DNA of 64,000 nt from Sarea resinae (lineage: Eukaryota): assembly GCA_026026165.1 (NCBI GenBank), contig JAPEUD010000043.1, positions 1 through 64,000 on the forward strand. Reading direction: 5' to 3'. The position numbers were made by a program, and so were the translations under genes. The notes under the pieces were generated by a model. It was not told the DNA's origin, ran no database searches, and saw only the letters and a list, made by a program, of their open reading frames with translations. Positions 10,308 through 21,904 of the stretch are shown here, piece by piece (position 1 is the stretch's first letter; each line of letters starts with the position of its first letter).

Positions 10308-10960
10308 TTCTAAACTTCTAGCTATAGTAGAGTAGGTAAGAATAGTATAATTAAATAGGCTAGTGTATTATAGCATGCTATTATTACTCTAGCAATATAG
10401 AACTAATACTATAGATATAGATATTACTAGTAGGCACTAACTTTATAATTGCACTAAATACTAGCTCTAATAGCTAGCGCCTCTATTAATCTATATAACT
10501 AATAACCTTACTTAGCTTACCTAAACATTACTAAACTACACTAGGTAGTTACTTTATACTACACTAAGCTATATATAGCATAACTATTAGTAGTAGCTCT
10601 TATAATAAAATAAGAAATATAAGCGATTAGAGAGAAAATAAAACAAGAAATATAAGTAAAAAACTTATAGAATTAGCTTCTTTACACTTATACTAGTGTA
10701 TCTTATTACTTATAACAAATAATTATATAATAATGTAATAGATCTTTAGAGTTATTAAATTATAATAGAACTTATTATAAAATTATCTCTATATAATATG
10801 TGGTTATAGAGTTATTATAGTTAGAAAACCCTAACTAACTATAAAAACTTCTAATTCTAACCTATATCCTATGTATATTATTGTCTTAGGCAGGCTATTA
10901 AATAGATAAGGTATTAAAACAAGGAGATAGTTATATTAGATAGTTAAACTTATAGTAACA
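10308..10960 (-). mobile_element. Probable 5' part of the Gypsy element (gag start, leader, possible LTR ~10734-10960)
   Basis: Continues the host sequence beyond the right TSD and is as heavily mutated as 127-2758. A TG...CA bounded segment (TGTAATA at 10734, GTAACA ending 10960) lies near the RIP boundary. No partner LTR is available to confirm it. Confidence 0.5.
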
Positions 10961-11379
10961 CAGATAAAGCAATTGTATCTGATAACTCTATAGATAATTA
11001 GAATGCATGATTGAAAAATCCGTACTCTTTATAGAATCTAACCTATTTATAGGGTTCTTTAGGCCTATATATCGCCGGCTATCTCGTCAAAAATGGGTTG
11101 CTAGTGCAGAGCATCATTCTCGTGGTCGTTATCATCATTGTATCAGCTGTATCGTCAAAAATAATATCCTTTGCCCATGCGACGACGCTCATAATATTCG
11201 CTTTTATCATATGGCTCAATGCAACTCCTCCCCTCTTCCACTCTGAGCCGAATCGAGCATTTCCTCCCTCTCCGGCCATACCATCTCTCCTATCCGTTCA
11301 TGATTCATCATTCGGATATGCAGAGTTCGATGAGAGTCACCGAGTGACTTAACGACCGCGCTTTAAATCCGCCGAACCC

Positions 11380-13160
11380 TCACAACGAATCAGCCGACCA
11401 CTTACCCTTGGCTCGAATCCGTCTTCCGTAGATATAAAAGAGGAACGGAATCGGGATCATTGCCGCAGCGAAAAAGCCCAGAACGCTCGAGGCCCATCCG
11501 ATGCCCATATGATGAAACATGGGAGTAGCGAAGAGAGGGAAGACGCCACCCAAGATGCTCCTTAAGAAGGTATTGGCAGCGATGGCACTTGCTGCGTATC
11601 TCAGGAAGACGTCGACGAGGTAGTTGAGCGCAGCTTGGAAGATTGTCGTGAAGCCTAAGCCCATACAAGCCGCTCCAATGCAGCTTGCTATCCATGGGAT
11701 ATCTTTGTCCGAGGTCCAGCCGAAGATAAATAGGCCACCACTGAAAAATACGGAGCCGATCATCATTGGTGGTAAGCGTGCTTCAGGGACAGGACGGCCG
11801 TTGTTCGCTTTCAATCGGCTAATGTAGAAGCCTTGGTTCAAGATGTTGACCACCGCGCCGAAGAGGATGCCACTGCCGAGAAAATGGTCAGATTGATGGA
11901 TTCGGGCGAATTTGGGGGGGGGGGGCTTACATTAATAGAGCCAGAAATGGAAGAGAGCCAACAAGCGGATTCCAGCCACGATGTTCCTGAAATACTATAG
12001 GAAATGAGGCCAGGTTCAGGTAAACGATACCATAAACGAATGAGGCATACAGGGCGACTAGGAAACAGATAGGAGTCAAGAGCATCTGAAACGGCCTGAC
12101 CAGGTATTTGGTTGCGAGCTCTCTGAGACTGACATCCCATTCTTCGTGTCTGGCATGGAGAGCCCAGTTGCCGGATTCATGGCGGAGTCGACGAGCTTTG
12201 TAGACCAGGAGTACTGGTGGATAGCTCTCATCCAGAATCAGGACGTCGAGAATCAATATGAAGAACATCCAGATTGCCGTCAGCTAAGCAAATAAGCAAA
12301 TGCACCAAGGATGACAGCCTTCACGTACGTATTCGGTCCACCTCCACCGCAGATAGCTTTGCACTACGGCGCCTCCAATGATGGGCCCCAGACACGGTCC
12401 AACGACGACGGCTAATGCGTAAAAGACAATGGCAACGCCACGTTGCTCTGGCGCCCAGATGTCACCCATCACACCACCTGTATTGGTGACCGGCGCAGAG
12501 GCGAATAGGCCCGCAAAAAAGCGAGTCAACAACACCGTCTGAATATCCTTGGCCGTCGCGGTGCCGATGGAGAAGACGGCGCCGATAAAGTATGGCGTCA
12601 AGACGGCCGGTTTCCGCCCATAGACCTCAGAAAGTGGCGCCCAGAGGAGCGTGCCAAGTCCGAATCCAAAGAGGAGGAACGTCAGACCCAATGTGGAAAC
12701 CTCCTGCCCAACATGGAAATGATCAGATATTTGCGGAATGCCTGGCGAGTAGCTACTCTCGGTCAGCGGGGATGAATTGTCATTGAGATGGGTCATACAT
12801 TGCACTGGCCAATGTCGCCCCCATGGTGGTCATCCCATACAACGCCGTCGTAATGCACTTCTTCCCAAGGGACCAATTTAGCGGATGATAAAGATCATCC
12901 TTGCCGTCAAAGTCAACAATGGCATCTCCACCGGTCTTGCTGCGCGTCAACGGGTGTGTGAACCGGCGCGGCACATCAGGCCTGCTTCTCAAGCGAGAGA
13001 GCACAGATGATGTCGTCCGTTTATTGATGGCCCTGCCCGTACTGCTGGCGGTATCGGATTTTTCGAGGTCGTGGTCTTTGCTGTTGTCGGTTTCGCTGCT
13101 TGGATCAAGGGCCGGTGGCGACCTAATCTTGCCCTCGGTTTGTGCTGAAGATTCGGCCAT
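11380..13160 (-). CDS. MFS DHA1-family multidrug/polyamine transporter (spliced)
   Basis: Starts MAESSAQ. Motifs VDFDGKDDLYHPLNWSLGKK, WAPLSEVYGRKP, LTRFFAGLFASAP, DESYPPVLL, PEARLPPM and YAASAIAANTFLRS; about three GT-AG introns. Confidence 0.93.
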
Positions 13161-13803
13161 TGTGCACAAATGATTGCGCACTTCGATGCAATTTAACAGC
13201 TTGTCAACAAATTGAATCCATTGTATGAGCACCAAATCTCATCTATCGGAGATGACAGCGGCATTTTATAGATTGTGAGTGAGGTCATTGATTATCGGAC
13301 ATAAGTCATCGGCGACCGAGTAGGCCTCGGCCGACGCGAGCAGGACCCTTGTACGAAGTACGTACATAGTACGTCCCGGTCTGACATCGCTTATCAGATC
13401 GCCGTGTTCAGGGTCTCTTTCTCTTCGATGCAGTAAGATATGAGCTCGATATACCCAATGATTCTACAGCAAACCGAATTGCCAATACGTGTTTGGTTTC
13501 CTCGGGGGACGGTAAAAGACTACGCTATGCATACATGTATATTATGAAATAGGGAATGAGTCAGAAGACAGCAGTAGCCATGATTGCTTCTCCACAGCAC
13601 CTCACCCCTCTCCTTTCTCATTCCTCGTAGCCCCCTGAGAAGATCGATCGATCGGTTAATCATTCAAGCAAGCAAACAGACCACTTTTCAAACATCGTAC
13701 TTCAAGTTCACCTGTATTACCCTCATCGTTTGGGGCGTTCCCAGCCTAGCCCAGCCCAGCCCCGACCCGTCCCTTTACCATCAATCTTTCAACGGGTACC
13801 AAA

Positions 13804-16800
13804 TCACACACTCTGTCCTCTTTTCTCCCTCTCATCCTTGCCCCGCCTCGTCTCCCGCTCCACCAATTTGACAGCATCCGTCATGGCATCACCGCCGACC
13901 CTCCAGCTCCTCAATAAGATGCCCTTGCGATCCAATATTTGCTTCGCACGTACCCATCTCCTCTTCCAGAGCTCCTCTTTCTTGTTGATTGGCTGCTGCT
14001 GCTGCTGTTGTTGCGGATAATTCGCCGACCGGCTGTCAGATTCGTAGTTGCTTCCGTTCCACGTGTTGCTGATGGTGCTAGAAGCGTATTGGGCTGCTTC
14101 GGCCGGATAGGAAGTAAGGGGCTTTCTTGGAGGTGGCGGAGGAGGTTTAGAAGAGCCATCGTCGGACACGGCAGAAAGGGAATCGCGCGAGGAACGCCGC
14201 GAGGATAGACGGGAAGTTCGGCGCGAGGCGTCCTGATCCTGAGATTGGGTCCCATACCAGTACGACGACGCGGATGGCATACTATTATAGGCCGAGGCTA
14301 CTTTCTGGCGCACACTGGACCTGTAGCCCTGCCGCTCGGCACTATTCTCATTGCCTAGTTGCGAAAAATCTCCTGATTGTGCCGAGGACACTTGAGTTTC
14401 ATCTTCGCCGATTTCCAAAGGACGAGAGCTATTTCGAGGCTTTGGTGGGGGCGGTGGAACCTTTTTGGCTGGTGGTTTCAAATCATCCGCGGATGACGAA
14501 CTGCCAGGACTTCTCAATGCCAGTGGCTTTGCTGGCGGCGGTGGCGGGCGAGATTTTCCTTTGGCAGCCAATGATCCCGCGGCATCTTGCCTGTGGCGTG
14601 ATTCAAATCCGATGTCCGTCATGGACCGCGAGTCCAGTGGTACCCTTCTTGGCGGAGAGGGAAAAGACGGATCATCCTCGTCGAGATCTATAAGCTTTCC
14701 CATCGCCGGCTGTGTTTCCGTAGACGTTGTTGCAGCGGACTTCATAGACGGTCGCGGAGGTAAGACAGGTTTTCGTTGGGGTGATCGCCGAAGGGGCTCA
14801 ACTCGCTGTGGCGGTTCTACCCCGACCACCGAAGAGCTCCTCCCATCCCGAAGCCCGCTGGAAAGATCGACATTGCTGAGTGAAGCAGGCGAAGAATCGA
14901 AGAATCCCTTGGATGGTGGCGTCGTCACATCCCTGATAAAGATACCAATGATTCTTCCAGGATGTGCAAGAGCAGTGTCGGTATATACCTCAAGGTCCGC
15001 TTCTCCGCTATCGCCCACGAGGATAAACTTCCTTTGGGGAAAATCTGCGAGTAACTTTTCCAGCGTGCCCTTCTTCCTTTCAGCTACAGGCTCAAATATG
15101 CCCTGTAACATTCCGCTATATTGTTTCAGATGGTACGACCCTGAAGGCAAGCCGGCCATGGCAAAGAAAGTGCTAATGACGGGATAGAGCTGCCATGGAG
15201 CATTGGAGACATAATGCATTTGAACACCCATACTAGAAAGTGTTTGATACCACTCTTTAACTCCGTCAACGGTCAAGTCCTTGAGATCTCGGACAAAGGT
15301 ATTGCGAAACATCTCTCGAGCGCCCCCACCAATCGCGGAATGCTTGATCGTATCATCGATGTCACTTATCAGACTAACGCCAGTCGGTTCGATGATTCTG
15401 ACCTCAGCGGTAGCTGATAGATTCTCCGACGCGAGAACTCTGACGCTCGTGGGCACAAAATCCAAAGCGGCTCGTATGTTGAAATGGCCGCTATCATTCG
15501 TCACGATCGTTCGGGATCTCGATGTCTCGTCATCAAAGAAGAAGACTGTAATCGGCGTGGCAGCTAGCGGCGTCGTCATGAAAGGCTTCAGTCTTGCCAT
15601 CAGATGGGCATTAGCAATGCCCAGCTCTGCGGGGTTCATTGTTGTTGACGGTCCCCACGAGGTTGCCTTGGATAGATATCCTGGTGCCGGTTCTTTCTCC
15701 GGGTTGGAATTCAAGGACGAGTCCGTCAGAGGGTGTATGATATGTCCAGGTTGAGGTGATTGTGAAGATTGCCTTCGTCTCGCTCCAAGATCCGAGTCTG
15801 ATGGGTCCTCACTGTACCCTCCACGGCCAGCAACATCAGCCTCTCCCTCGCCCCTTTTCATGATCTCTTCCGCTTCCTTTGAGACCAGATCCTCGTCTCG
15901 CCTGGCAGTCCTCGAGCGCTCCCTGGTCGGGCTCGTGGGCCGACTACTCGTAGGGCTAGCGGGGCCACTGGGAGGCCTCGATGAGGATGGCGCAGGAATT
16001 CCACTCAATTGCCTTGCCAGTCCAATCAACAGTCGGTTCCTCCGGGTCATCGGGCCCCGCTGCGGAGAATATATCCATCCACGAACATCCACATCGACAA
16101 TGGCACTATCATCCTCGTATTTTTCCCACTCTCTCCGCCAAAACTCCGCGTCGCCCGCACCAGAAGTATCTCTCGAGTCCCGTCCGGAACCAGCATCCTC
16201 CTGTATAGTTCCTGGCTCTGCTCTTGGTTTCTTCTTCACGTGTCTCCTGGCATAGCTAGGAAACAAGACCATTTCCTCATCGCCACTCCTGACAATATCC
16301 ACATCAGGGAAGGCACCCGGTATTCCAGCCCCATTCTCGTCGACCTCAGGATCTCTTTGGCCTCGCGGTGCCAGATATGACTGCTGATAAGACTGGCGTA
16401 GCTCGTTGGCCGCCTTCAAGTATCCAGCCAGTTTTCGTCGCCGGGCTCCTCGTTCTCTCTGCTCGGGCGGAGGACTGCCCCCCCTCTCCGACAAACCAGA
16501 CGCAGACATTCCAGACATTGGTAATTTCAATCTCTGCCGTCTCGAGACAACATGATGAGACTGTGACTGTGACTCGGCAACGACCTTTTGGCTTCTTCCC
16601 CTTAGTAGCGCAAGGATTCCGACCCCAGCAGCTCGTCTCTGTCGACGACGATGTTGTCCGTCGAGAAGATAACGATAGATGCGCGAATGCGCGCGTTGTC
16701 GATAGAAAGGCAAGGTCTCGTGTCTAAAGTCAAAAAGCCCGGAACGGGCACGTCGATGGGTCGCCGGGAACAGGTATCGCAGCAGCGAGGACTTATTATG

Positions 16801-16845
16801 AGAACGAACGAATGGCTTTCGAGGTAAGCCGCCGGGAGGAGCCAC
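13804..16845 (-). CDS. APP1: App1-type phosphatidate phosphatase (actin patch protein); starts at GTG 16845 or first ATG 16518
   Basis: Single long ORF with LISDIDDTIK (DxDxT), MHYVSNAPWQLYP, FILVGDSGEADLEVY and a proline-rich C-terminus. Confidence 0.9.
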   Translation of the reverse strand: MAPPGGLPRKPFVRSHNKSSLLRYLFPATHRRARSGLFDFRHETLPFYRQRAHSRIYRYLLDGQHRRRQRRAAGVGILALLRGRSQKVVAESQSQSHHVVSRRQRLKLPMSGMSASGLSERGGSPPPEQRERGARRRKLAGYLKAANELRQSYQQSYLAPRGQRDPEVDENGAGIPGAFPDVDIVRSGDEEMVLFPSYARRHVKKKPRAEPGTIQEDAGSGRDSRDTSGAGDAEFWRREWEKYEDDSAIVDVDVRGWIYSPQRGPMTRRNRLLIGLARQLSGIPAPSSSRPPSGPASPTSSRPTSPTRERSRTARRDEDLVSKEAEEIMKRGEGEADVAGRGGYSEDPSDSDLGARRRQSSQSPQPGHIIHPLTDSSLNSNPEKEPAPGYLSKATSWGPSTTMNPAELGIANAHLMARLKPFMTTPLAATPITVFFFDDETSRSRTIVTNDSGHFNIRAALDFVPTSVRVLASENLSATAEVRIIEPTGVSLISDIDDTIKHSAIGGGAREMFRNTFVRDLKDLTVDGVKEWYQTLSSMGVQMHYVSNAPWQLYPVISTFFAMAGLPSGSYHLKQYSGMLQGIFEPVAERKKGTLEKLLADFPQRKFILVGDSGEADLEVYTDTALAHPGRIIGIFIRDVTTPPSKGFFDSSPASLSNVDLSSGLRDGRSSSVVGVEPPQRVEPLRRSPQRKPVLPPRPSMKSAATTSTETQPAMGKLIDLDEDDPSFPSPPRRVPLDSRSMTDIGFESRHRQDAAGSLAAKGKSRPPPPPAKPLALRSPGSSSSADDLKPPAKKVPPPPPKPRNSSRPLEIGEDETQVSSAQSGDFSQLGNENSAERQGYRSSVRQKVASAYNSMPSASSYWYGTQSQDQDASRRTSRLSSRRSSRDSLSAVSDDGSSKPPPPPPRKPLTSYPAEAAQYASSTISNTWNGSNYESDSRSANYPQQQQQQQPINKKEELWKRRWVRAKQILDRKGILLRSWRVGGDAMTDAVKLVERETRRGKDEREKRGQSV

Positions 16846-17386
16846 TTTTGGCGACTACGAGGGCGTAGCACTCGTGGCTGATGATGCCGTCGTCTCGAGC
16901 GTCGAGTGTCAGTTGAACCGGTCAGCCTCACTTGAGCCGATCAGGTCTGATCAAGATCGATCGAATCGGGCGCGCCGAAGCTGAAGAAATTGATGTTGAG
17001 TGGCGTGGATGCAAGTGAAGTCATAGTAATAGGTTATGATGTCGCGTGGGAAAGTTGGGCAGGGCAGCAGCCGGCCGGGGTTCTAGCCGCGTAACGCCCG
17101 GTCGGCACACGAAAATGACGAGCATGGAGTCACTAAACAAGGTCAGAAGCGACAGGCGACCTTGACTGTTCCTGTGGCCAAAAGCCATACAATAGCTACT
17201 CTCACCACGATTGAATGCACCATTCTTACGTCAAATGAGCTAAATGAGCCAAAGCATCTTCTTCATGTGTGATCAATTTAAATTTCATACGATCAGCGCC
17301 AAAGACAAATGATCAAAGAACCCTCATGATCGTGTCATAGTCATAAATACATAGAAGCCAATCAAACGCCAAGGTCCAGAACACGC

Positions 17387-19045
17387 TTAAACAGGGGCAT
17401 CCGCAAGACGAATGGAGACCGTCTTGGTTTGAGTATAGTTGTCCAGAGCAGCCTCACCAAGTTCACGACCAATACCAGACTCCTTGTATCCACCGAATGG
17501 AAGCTGGTGGTGAAGAGTGTTGTAGGTGTTGACCCAGACGGTACCGGCGCGAAGAGCATTTGATACCCGTATGGCGGTGTTGAGATTGCTCGTGTGGACA
17601 GCTGATGCCAGACCGTATGTCGTCGAGTTACCGACGTGGATAGCGTCTTCCTCGGTCTTGAATTTGGAGATGGCGCAGACAGGGCCGAAGATCTCCTCTT
17701 GCATGATGGTCATGTCCTCTGAAACATCGGCGAAGATGGTAGGCTGGATGAAGTATCCCTCCTTGCCGTGACGCTCACCACCAGTGACGAGAGTGGCACC
17801 TTCCTTCTTTCCTGTTTCGATGTAACTAGAAGACATTAGTGTTGTCCAGGTGCGTTCGATACTGAAGACTTACCCCATGATACGGTCGAATTGCAGCTGA
17901 GAGACTTGAGGTCCTTGGAAGGTATCGGAGTGGAAGGGGTCGCCAACAACGTTCTGGAGCGCACGCTCCTTGAATCGTTGAATGAACTTGTCGTAAATAC
18001 CCTCTTGAACGTAGATTCGAGAACCAGCGCAGCAGCATTGGCCGTGATTGAAAAAGATACCGAAGTTGACCCAGGCAATGGCGTTATCGATGTCGGCGTC
18101 GTTGAAAACAATGTTCGGGCTCTTGCCACCAAGCTCGAGTGTGACCTTCTTCAGGTTGGAAGAAGCGGCAGCCTTCATGATGTTACGGCCGACCGGAGTA
18201 GAACCAGTAAATGCAACCTTGTCAATGTCCATGTGAGCGGCGATGGCGGCACCGGCAATTTTACCGAATCCAGAGATGACGTTGATGACGCCCGGAGGGA
18301 AACCAGCCTCCTTGATGTATTTGGCTGCGCACAGAGCGGACAGAGGAGTCTGCTCGGCGGTCTTAAGGACAACGGTATTACCACATGCGACGGCAGGACC
18401 AATTTTCCACGCCCACATCAGAAGAGGGAAGTTCCAGGGAATGATTTGACCGCAAACACCAATCTAGCAGATGTCAGTAAGGTGGCATTTCGGAAGCAGC
18501 AAAGCTGGACTGACCGGCTCCTTCTTCGTGTAGTTGAAGTATTCCGAGGTGGTGTCGATGACCTTGCCCTCGATCTTGTCGGCCCAGCCGCCATAGTATC
18601 TCAAGCAGCCAGCAGCCATGGAGACATCGTTCTTCGCCAGTGAGATGGCCTTGCCATTGTCGAGCGACTCGATGCCGGCCAAGGTGTCGATGTTCTTCTC
18701 GAAGAGGTCGGCGAGCTTGACTAGTAGTCTGCCACGGTTCTCGGGGGTGAAGGTTCGCCACTCGCCCTCAAAGGCTTTTCGGGCTGCAGAGACGGCGATG
18801 TCGACATCCTTCTCAGTGGCCTCGTGCACGGAGACGATGACCTTCTCGGTCGATGGGTTGATGACCTCAAAGGTCTGCTTGTCAACACCTTCGACGAACT
18901 CGTTGTTGATGAACCTGTCGGTGGCAAAAGTCAATGACTGATCGAGTGAGGCAATTCAAAGCCAGTGCAATCAAGTGTCGACTTACAGTCCGGTCGGCTG
19001 CTCGTAGTTCCCGGTGTGGGGAGTATGCAGGTCTTGGAGAACCAT
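17387..19045 (-). CDS. aldA: NAD-dependent aldehyde dehydrogenase (spliced)
   Basis: [72 protein letters not shown] and [15 protein letters not shown]; three introns. Confidence 0.96.
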
Positions 19046-21904
19046 CTTGATGGAAATGAGGTGACTGATGAAAGACGGAGACGAGTTGAAGAGAATGACT
19101 TTTTAGGAGGAAATGGATGAGATGAGATGAGAGAAGTAGGATAGAGAGTATCGAGCCACAAAGCAAATGGAGGGGTCTAGGGTTGAAGTATTTGTATTCC
19201 TGCCATCATCATTACGAGCAGGGCGGTTCTCCGCATTCCGAGGCGCGACCACTTGCTGCTACGACAGCGTCCGCGTGCCTGCTAGGTACTATCTCCCCTT
19301 AGTAAATCATGATTAAATCATCATCATCATAGCAACTCCACCGTCTGCTAGGATACACCGCGACTAGAGGTATCTCTAGTACCCCATAGGTACTAGAGAG
19401 TCCCCCGCGCATGCAGTCCATGGATGGCCCCATATCGGCATCGGAGAAACGGGCGGCGTCCCCCACGACGGAGTGAGACTGGCTCCACTCGAGGCCACCC
19501 CAGGTACGCAGAAGTACCGGAAGGCAGCGCTCACCACCACCCACATCGTTACTCAACCGAGCCAGCTGCCAATCCGCGACCGCAAAACGTTCCTCCGCTC
19601 TCCGCGATTGACAGCGCTAATGCCCATCTGGGTGGTAGGCCATGTGGCCCAAGTCTCGCCCAAGTCTCAACAAGTCTCCACAAGTCCCTCCATCTCTTCC
19701 CCCAGCCCCGCCAAGTCCATCCAGTGAGATTCACCTCCACTCAGACCTACTACGCTTCGCCCTAAGGGCAGAGCTAATGAGGGGTTCGTATCTCTTGCCC
19801 CGCCTTCACACAGACCTTCACAGCAGAGCAAAGGCATCTCAGGCGTCGAAAGCGTCTAGACGCCGTCGACCAGCTCTGTCAATTCGCCCAATCCCTTGGT
19901 CGTCCAGGCAGCCAAGCCGCCAGCCAAGCCCATTGCAAGTAGGCCCCTTAGCTAGGTCGCAGGTTAGTACTCATTGTAGTGGTAGTAGCCCCATGTGTGT
20001 ACGGAGTACCCCGTACGTATGGACGCAGCCGGTCGAAAATCTGTTGAGGGGCGTGCCAAGAGCAGATTCTCCTCGTCGATCAAAGAGCGAGGCTCGGCAC
20101 TTGTACTCTGTACGTAGTACGTTACATCAGGCAGTCCTCTATCTCCCTCGACTATCGCCGACCCTCTCACTATTCAAAATCCCTTTCCCGTCCAGCTTCT
20201 AGACCACCACCTCCCGAGTCCATACGGCTCGGCATGGACGCCGATCCATCTGGTCGGTCATCGGATAAAGTCGACCCCCTTTCATCATAGCCACAGGCTA
20301 TGCTCTGACAGGCACATCCCAGGCCCATCCCAGACACACTCATGCACCGCAGACCAGTCGAGTGTCCCGAGGTAAAGACTTCGGGCACGAGGAAACACTC
20401 ATCGACGAGTAAAAAGGCGCGAATGCACCAAGTATCCCAGAGTAGAGAGGCATGTACTAGGCTGTACTTCCATAGTAGAGAAAGAGAGAGAGAGAGAAGA
20501 GAGGGAGGGAGGGAGATCTGTCATCGCACAGATGGAAAATCCGCAAAGACCGCTTTACACACCCCGCAATCGACTAAGAAGGCCTCCTCCACCCACTGCC
20601 TCAAAAGGAGAAAGGGGCAAGCAACTTCCCCCATACATACCCCATACTCCGAGCAATTCGCCCAATCCAACTCTATCCATGGATCCACTGTCTACCTCTC
20701 CATAGTAAGCAATGTACCAAAGTACCTCGATGTCATAGCCACCCGGAGACAAGCATCTCCGTATCCGACCCTCCATGGTCCCGTAGGTTCCACTCCTCCA
20801 CATCAATTCCGATGTCATGGATGTCCCTTCCACTTCACCACTCCACCACTCCACCACTCCACCACTCCGTCCAATTCGGTGCAGCTCCCGTCCGGGGTAA
20901 GGTACGAATACACAGTACATAGGCGTATGGGGCCCCGGGGGGGAGGAGGAAGAGGACGGGGAGGAGCAGCAGGGATCGGAACGAGGTATGCAGACGGGAT
21001 GATCTTACGCTCACACTCACATTCATACTCCGTACAAACGGCCATCCGTTCGTTCGCTCGTTTGCTCGTTTGTCTACAGTACACAAAGTATTCGTTCGTT
21101 GTGTTGCGTTGGTGGCAAGATCCCCACCATCTCGTTTCATTGATTCCCGTTCGCGTTCCTCTTTCCCTTCGTCTTCACGTTCGCGTTCGCGTTCGCCTCC
21201 CTCTCCATACTCATTCCATTCGCTTATTCGTCTCTCCCAAGCAAAGGACGGGACTATCGGAAAGAAGCGGACAGGATAGCACAGGTATTCGAAGAACAAT
21301 GTGCTGATGACGATGATGACGATGATGATCCTCCAACTTCTTCCCCGCCCTTTGAAGCCCATTCAATCCTCTCCCCATGATTGTCCCGCAACTGCACGCA
21401 TTCCCCTCGTCCCCTCATTATTATTTCTTCCCCACAATAAGCTAGCTAGTCAGCTTTGGCACTCTGCTCGTACCGTTTTAACCCGGGGTCGAGTGGAAGG
21501 CTGGAAGCAAATGCAAACCCCGGCATCGTCGTGAAGAGAATCATCTGATCGAACTCGTGCCCTGAGAGACCCTGGAAATACAACAGGACAGCAGTCGAGA
21601 CCTTCGGGTATCAAGTAAGTACTGAGAATTAGGAATATGTTGTGCGTAGTAAGTGGGCATGCTGGCCCCGGAATTTCTAAGCGTATCCTAGATCACCTAC
21701 CCCGGAGTACGGCCGGCGAATCTGCGGCCGATACTGCGGGCTTGCTGATCAATTGCCTAGCGGAATCTCGGAGTCGTTCGACTTGGATTAGATATGAAAG
21801 TCATTGCTCTTGGGATATACTCTAGCTCTCGCTCGCTCTGTCATCGATTCATGATAATGAAACAAGAGGGAAAATTCAAACAGTCTCGACCAAAAGCTGA
21901 ACGA

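Larger units (their letters stand above)
127..11000. other. AT-rich RIP-mutated transposon block
   Basis: Strong TpA excess, CpA/TpG depletion and dense TAA/TAG stops. Conserved TE protein motifs are recoverable by reversing C>T/G>A transitions. Composition returns to normal at about 11.0-11.1 kb. Confidence 0.95.

Noticed and set aside
10721..10784. Possible Tf1-type self-priming PBS complementarity next to the putative LTR
   Set aside because: The match consists only of A/T in RIP-saturated DNA and is not significant.
127..11000. Telomere-linked helicase, Starship captain or telomere-targeting non-LTR element
   Set aside because: All recoverable motifs belong to Gypsy, hAT or H3; no RecQ, tyrosine-recombinase or LINE motifs were seen.
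17362..17400. Possible 1-bp frameshift at the aldA C-terminus (DAPV* versus a DALF-type ending)
   Set aside because: Affects only the last few variable residues and cannot be told apart from normal divergence.
17891..18643. 250-aa antisense ORF over aldA, and similar ones over APP1, adh1 and TMA46
   Set aside because: Shadow ORFs caused by codon bias in the real genes.
20342..21307. 321-aa ORF upstream of aldA
   Set aside because: Low-complexity, microsatellite-derived sequence with no recognisable domain.
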